Source of the DNA: Azolla caroliniana | Taxonomy: Eukaryota; Plantae; Polypodiophyta | Direction: 5' to 3' | Length of the DNA: 64,000 nt | Assembly (NCBI GenBank): GCA_043228905.1 | Contig: JBHGNT010000010.1 | Coordinates: forward strand, 14,880,001-14,944,000 | Shown: piece after piece, positions 59,967 through 64,000 of the stretch | How the letters are laid out: every line of letters starts with the position of its first letter | Position numbering within the stretch: the first letter of the stretch is position 1 | Position numbers and translations under genes: made by a program | Notes under the pieces: generated by a model | The model's database searches: none | What the model was told of the DNA's origin: nothing | Seen by the model: the letters and a program-made list of their open reading frames with translations, nothing else

Positions 59967-61788
59967 TCCTCCACCTCTTCCTGCAGCAGACACCCCCTTC
60001 CCTACCCTCGCTGCTGCTCGCCTTCTCCCCCCTTCCCATACCTCTCTTCGTCTCCCTGTTTCTTCAGACCTCTGGAACATCCCTCCACTTCTCGCTTCTA
60101 ACCGGTCCTCGTCCTCGTCCTCGTCCTCGTCCTCCTGCTCAGCTGAATCTTTAGCCTTAGATCAACAGGTATTTTTGATGTTAGAACATTTCGAAATCCT
60201 CCTTTTGTTCCGTTTTCTGCTGTTTCTCTGCATGCTTGCTTCTGTTCTCCTCACAATCCTCTTTGTGCTTTCTTCCGTTTCTGTTTTTCTCAATTCTTTT
60301 TCTGCTCAGTTTTCTGTTGACCTTCGATGCAACTCTCTGTTGTAGACCACAATCTTCCGTCTGCATAAATTTCCGTTGTATTTCGATGTCTACTTTCTGT
60401 TCCGATGGGTGTCCTTCGGCCTGCTATTGTTAATCATCCTTATAGCAACTGGTGTTTTGATGCCCTCTTTTTGTTCTGATCGATCATCCATGAATCCTTT
60501 TCACATTTTCTCTCTAATATTCCTTTTGTTATATCAAATGGCGCCTCGTTATTTGTTTGTTTCATCAAAGTTCCTGGTTTTCTACAATTCTTTCTGCCCA
60601 GTTTTCTCGTCCAAGTTCCTTACTTTCTGTACTCCGTTTCTTTATTTTGTTCTCTTCATCCTGCTTCTTTTAGTTTGTTCTTCTTGCATATAGCAACAGG
60701 TATTTTTATTTATATGCAAAAAACAATCAGTGGGGCTTTCCCCCAGAGTGTCTTTGGAGATCCATAAATCCTTGGGCTAATTATCTTTCCAACATTCCCC
60801 TTTTCTGTTCCCCTAGGTCTTTCTCCGAGATGCTACATCAGAGGGACCTTGCCTCCTAGGAAATTTGGATTCTTCGCGACACAATGAAAATCAAACTTTT
60901 GAAGCTCAAATGGTGCCATCTTCTTCTTACCTCTCTGCTAAGGAAGCCAAAGAAGCTTTTCTTTACAAGAAGAAATGGAAGAAAGGGTCAATTCCTTGTA
61001 GTTTAGAGAATGCTGCAGAATATGGCCATACTCTTGCTGGAGAGCTACTACATGCCGTCAAAGATAGTCTTTACGCAACCGTTTCTCATCATTTGAGGGC
61101 AAAGATGTCCCAAGACTGGGTCTCTATCCTGTCATTGAGTATTTTAGAGCAATACATAGTGAACGATTGCATTCACAACATACCGGCATGGTTACTTCAA
61201 CCATCATGTTTCGCCAGAGTGATCGAGAAGGTTTCTCAAATCAGGTTATGGGAGGATTCTCAGCATTCTTATGTTGAAGATCTTTTGCTCACAATTTCAA
61301 GGTTTGAAAGAACAGGCCTTGTCATAGAGTTAAAGAGATTAGGGTTCAAAGAAGTAGCATGTATTTTGGGAGGAAGAGATGTGTTTTATGGAGTGTTTGC
61401 AAGGATGGGAGCATTGCGAGAAGCTTCCAAGCTTCTTTGTTATCTAAGATTGGCAATGAAGATTCCAATGTATGATACATGGAGCGTGGTGTTCAACAAT
61501 GATCCTCATAAGAAATGTTTGAATCATATTCGTTCCATTTGTATGTTTCCTGAAAGATACAAGAACTTTGCATGGAAGTTGGACAAAGTCGAGCTTTGTG
61601 CAAAAGAGATAAAATGTAAGTGCTTTTTTCTCTCATCCACGACATCTGCATTTGGGAATACACTTTGTGATGTTTTAAAACACAGTGTAATGCCTGTCTT
61701 GGTTTGTGGTGCAAAACCTTGGAAGGATTGTGATGCATGGAGAAAAACCAATTCTCTAGTATTTCTGTTCAAATCAGTTCCATATTGA
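59905..61788 (+). CDS. Possible two-exon gene of unknown function (59905-60168 joined to 60817-61788, 411 aa); may be a pseudogene
   Basis: Phase-0 donor CAG|GTATTT at 60168/60169; pyrimidine-rich intron; acceptor ttctgttcccctAG at 60816; exon 2 is in frame with the 307-aa ORF; no family recognised. Confidence 0.45.
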
Positions 61789-64000
61789 CTTATACAAGAA
61801 AGCGCCGATGCATTCATTCATTGCTTTGCTAAGATTTCACTCTCTTTAATTCATAATGATGCTGATGTAAAGACGTAACAATGCAAAAGCATTCACTCTG
61901 CTCAAGTGCACATAGGATTCTAGGACTAGCTACTTGCTCCACTGAACATATACAAGCATCAATGCATCACCTAGTTTGCATGGGTAAACTGAATAATAAT
62001 CATGAATTGTGAGGTATGGAGGGACACAATCATGTAAAAACATTTGTTCTACCTGGTGCTCATTGACATTCCAAGTAGTAAATTGTTCCACGGAATTGGT
62101 TGTCTAACATATCACCACCCATGATCCTAGAGTTTTATCCATACTGTTGTCTATACACATTCATTAAGATGCATTGTAATAAGTTGTTGTTTTCTTTGCA
62201 CCATGATATATGGAAGATCAAAGAAGCAATAATGTATGTAAGAGTCAATTGTTGCACAAATCTTAGGTTCATCGATCGTTGGAAATGTTGGGAATGCAAT
62301 TTAGACAAGTAAAATAAATGAGAATAATTTATTTTCTTTTTGAAGGTGTCAAGAAACCCGAAGTGCAGAATGCTCGTGCTGTAAGTATGGGAATTAGAAA
62401 ATTGTTTGAGTCTCCTATTGGAGCGGAGCTCAGAAGGATTCATGCTTTAAGCACACTTGATACTGCTATGCGTTTGATACAACATTACAATGAAATCTTT
62501 GAAAGCCTTGAAGCACATGGATTCAGTGAAAAGTAAAACTATGTGAGCGTACTTTCAACTTTGCTCTTCAGAAGGGTTCCGATTTCCAATCATTTAGGCA
62601 AGAGATTGTGCACACATTCTAATAACTTATCCACGCTCGGAATTAATGCCTATACGAAGGGTAACAGGGTAACGTTGCTAAATGGGTGGACGAGACAGTG
62701 AGATTTTTTCCAACAAAATGAATGAAGAATATAGTGGAACTGAGATCTCTAGAGATGGCTTCTATGGTAGATGGTTCTTTGTCTTTATCTGCAAAGTTGT
62801 AGAGGATTTCCTTGAAAGGAATTATCATTGAGCGGACGAAGGAGGGTCATATTACCACAATGGCTTAATTGATTTTTTACAATTTTCACAGCTATTGGCA
62901 CATCTTAGATTTTGTTAAAAGGAATGTGTATGTGCGTGCCATAGTTGGTACGCCTTGAAACCACATCGAGAAGAGATATACGTGTTAAAATGGGGGCATC
63001 AGATAGTACCTTTATATGGCTAATATTCAACTGGTTTTAACAAATGGTTTGAGATGCAGCCTCTTTTTATACACACACCACACACATACATATCACCTTT
63101 GTATGATCTATGGGCTTGTCACAATATAGAATGGTTTGAATTGCAACCTAATTCTTTCTCAACAATTTATATCTATAAATAACGTGGCAAAATAATCAAT
63201 TGAATTGCATGCAAGAACATCTATTATTGTAGGAAAATTCAGGTTTGACTATTTTATGTTTAATGCTTACCAATCTATGTTACTATTAGTATACTAGTTC
63301 ATTAGTCATACACGTTAAATGATATAAAATGAAGCAACTACAATGATCTAAGGAATTGGAAAATGGTGGTGAGAAGGGAGAGTTGGGCTTTTGTTCTAGC
63401 ATAAATGTTTGATAGGCACGCAAAGTAATGAGTAGGAGAATTTGGATGCAATGCCAATGTTGAAATAAGGGACTTTGCAAATGTTGCAACAACATGAGAG
63501 CATGGGACTAAATTGCAAAAGTTTGGTTAAGACAAAAGTGACTCTCGTTCCCAATCTTGGTCTAGGTGAATGAAGTTTGATGAACCATAACATGATGAGG
63601 TACGGCGAAGCCAACAAGGTATTTGGGGTAATCAACTATGCCATCATGTTGCTAGTGTCCTTCTCATGGTTTGTGTGACATATTTGAACACAACATTTTT
63701 GGTGTATGAACAACAATCTCCAAAAGATTTAATAGACAAAAAGTGAAGAAATGCTCAATATTGTTTAAGCAACAAGAAAGAAGCAATTCCAATTCTAAGA
63801 GAGGGAATGTACACTCTCAACAAATTTACTACTTAATTAAGCTACTACTTGGTGTGGGGAAACAAGAAAACAAAGAAAAATCACCACACCCTTGTACATG
63901 AACCAAGGGTTTATATAGAGAGAGGTGGGGAGGGAAAAGTGAATGTTTAGTCTCCTTTGACACTACAATGTCATCTATATGCCCCTTGTTTGGATGACCA

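Noticed and set aside
63670-64000. Start of another LTR on the minus strand
   Set aside because: A TATA-like motif and LTR-like composition are present, but no partner LTR, PBS or PPT lies within the window

Overview
Eukaryotic, almost certainly land-plant DNA (likely a non-seed plant, inferred from the element types). About 59 of the 64 kb is a deeply nested transposon cluster, followed by one possible spliced host gene at about 59.9-61.8 kb. Labels used here: GyA (Ty3/gypsy pol relic, ~1300-3327, -) is interrupted by GyB (3328-11194, -). GyB carries two gag-only LTR elements, TG1 (4494-8016, identical LTRs, intact 700-aa ORF) and TG2 (11195-14543). TG2 is interrupted by GyX1 (14544-~37424, a gypsy with an extra 3' ORF). 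GyX1 contains an intact Ty1/copia (Cop1, 18521-23919) and a hAT-type non-autonomous element (29488-37410), which in turn holds a young, near-intact gypsy (GyC, 30243-37328, -). A second nest has Cop2 (49181-53292, -) interrupted by GyD, itself split by GyX2 (38613-48330), and by Cop3 (53293-57993), then an L1-type LINE relic. The most interesting system is a tRNA-Trp-primed gypsy clade (GyA-D, TG1/2) with five linked features: (i) 4-bp TSDs centred on CpG; (ii) a GGAUUUU slippery site plus H-type pseudoknot placing a -1 frameshift between protease and RT; (iii) an antisense tRNA-like Pol III A/B-box cassette conserved in divergent LTRs; (iv) a covarying hairpin just upstream of the PPT; (v) a recently mobile gag-only satellite family encoding a Gag with a long acidic repeat tail. 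All alignments were done by eye; no database searches were possible.
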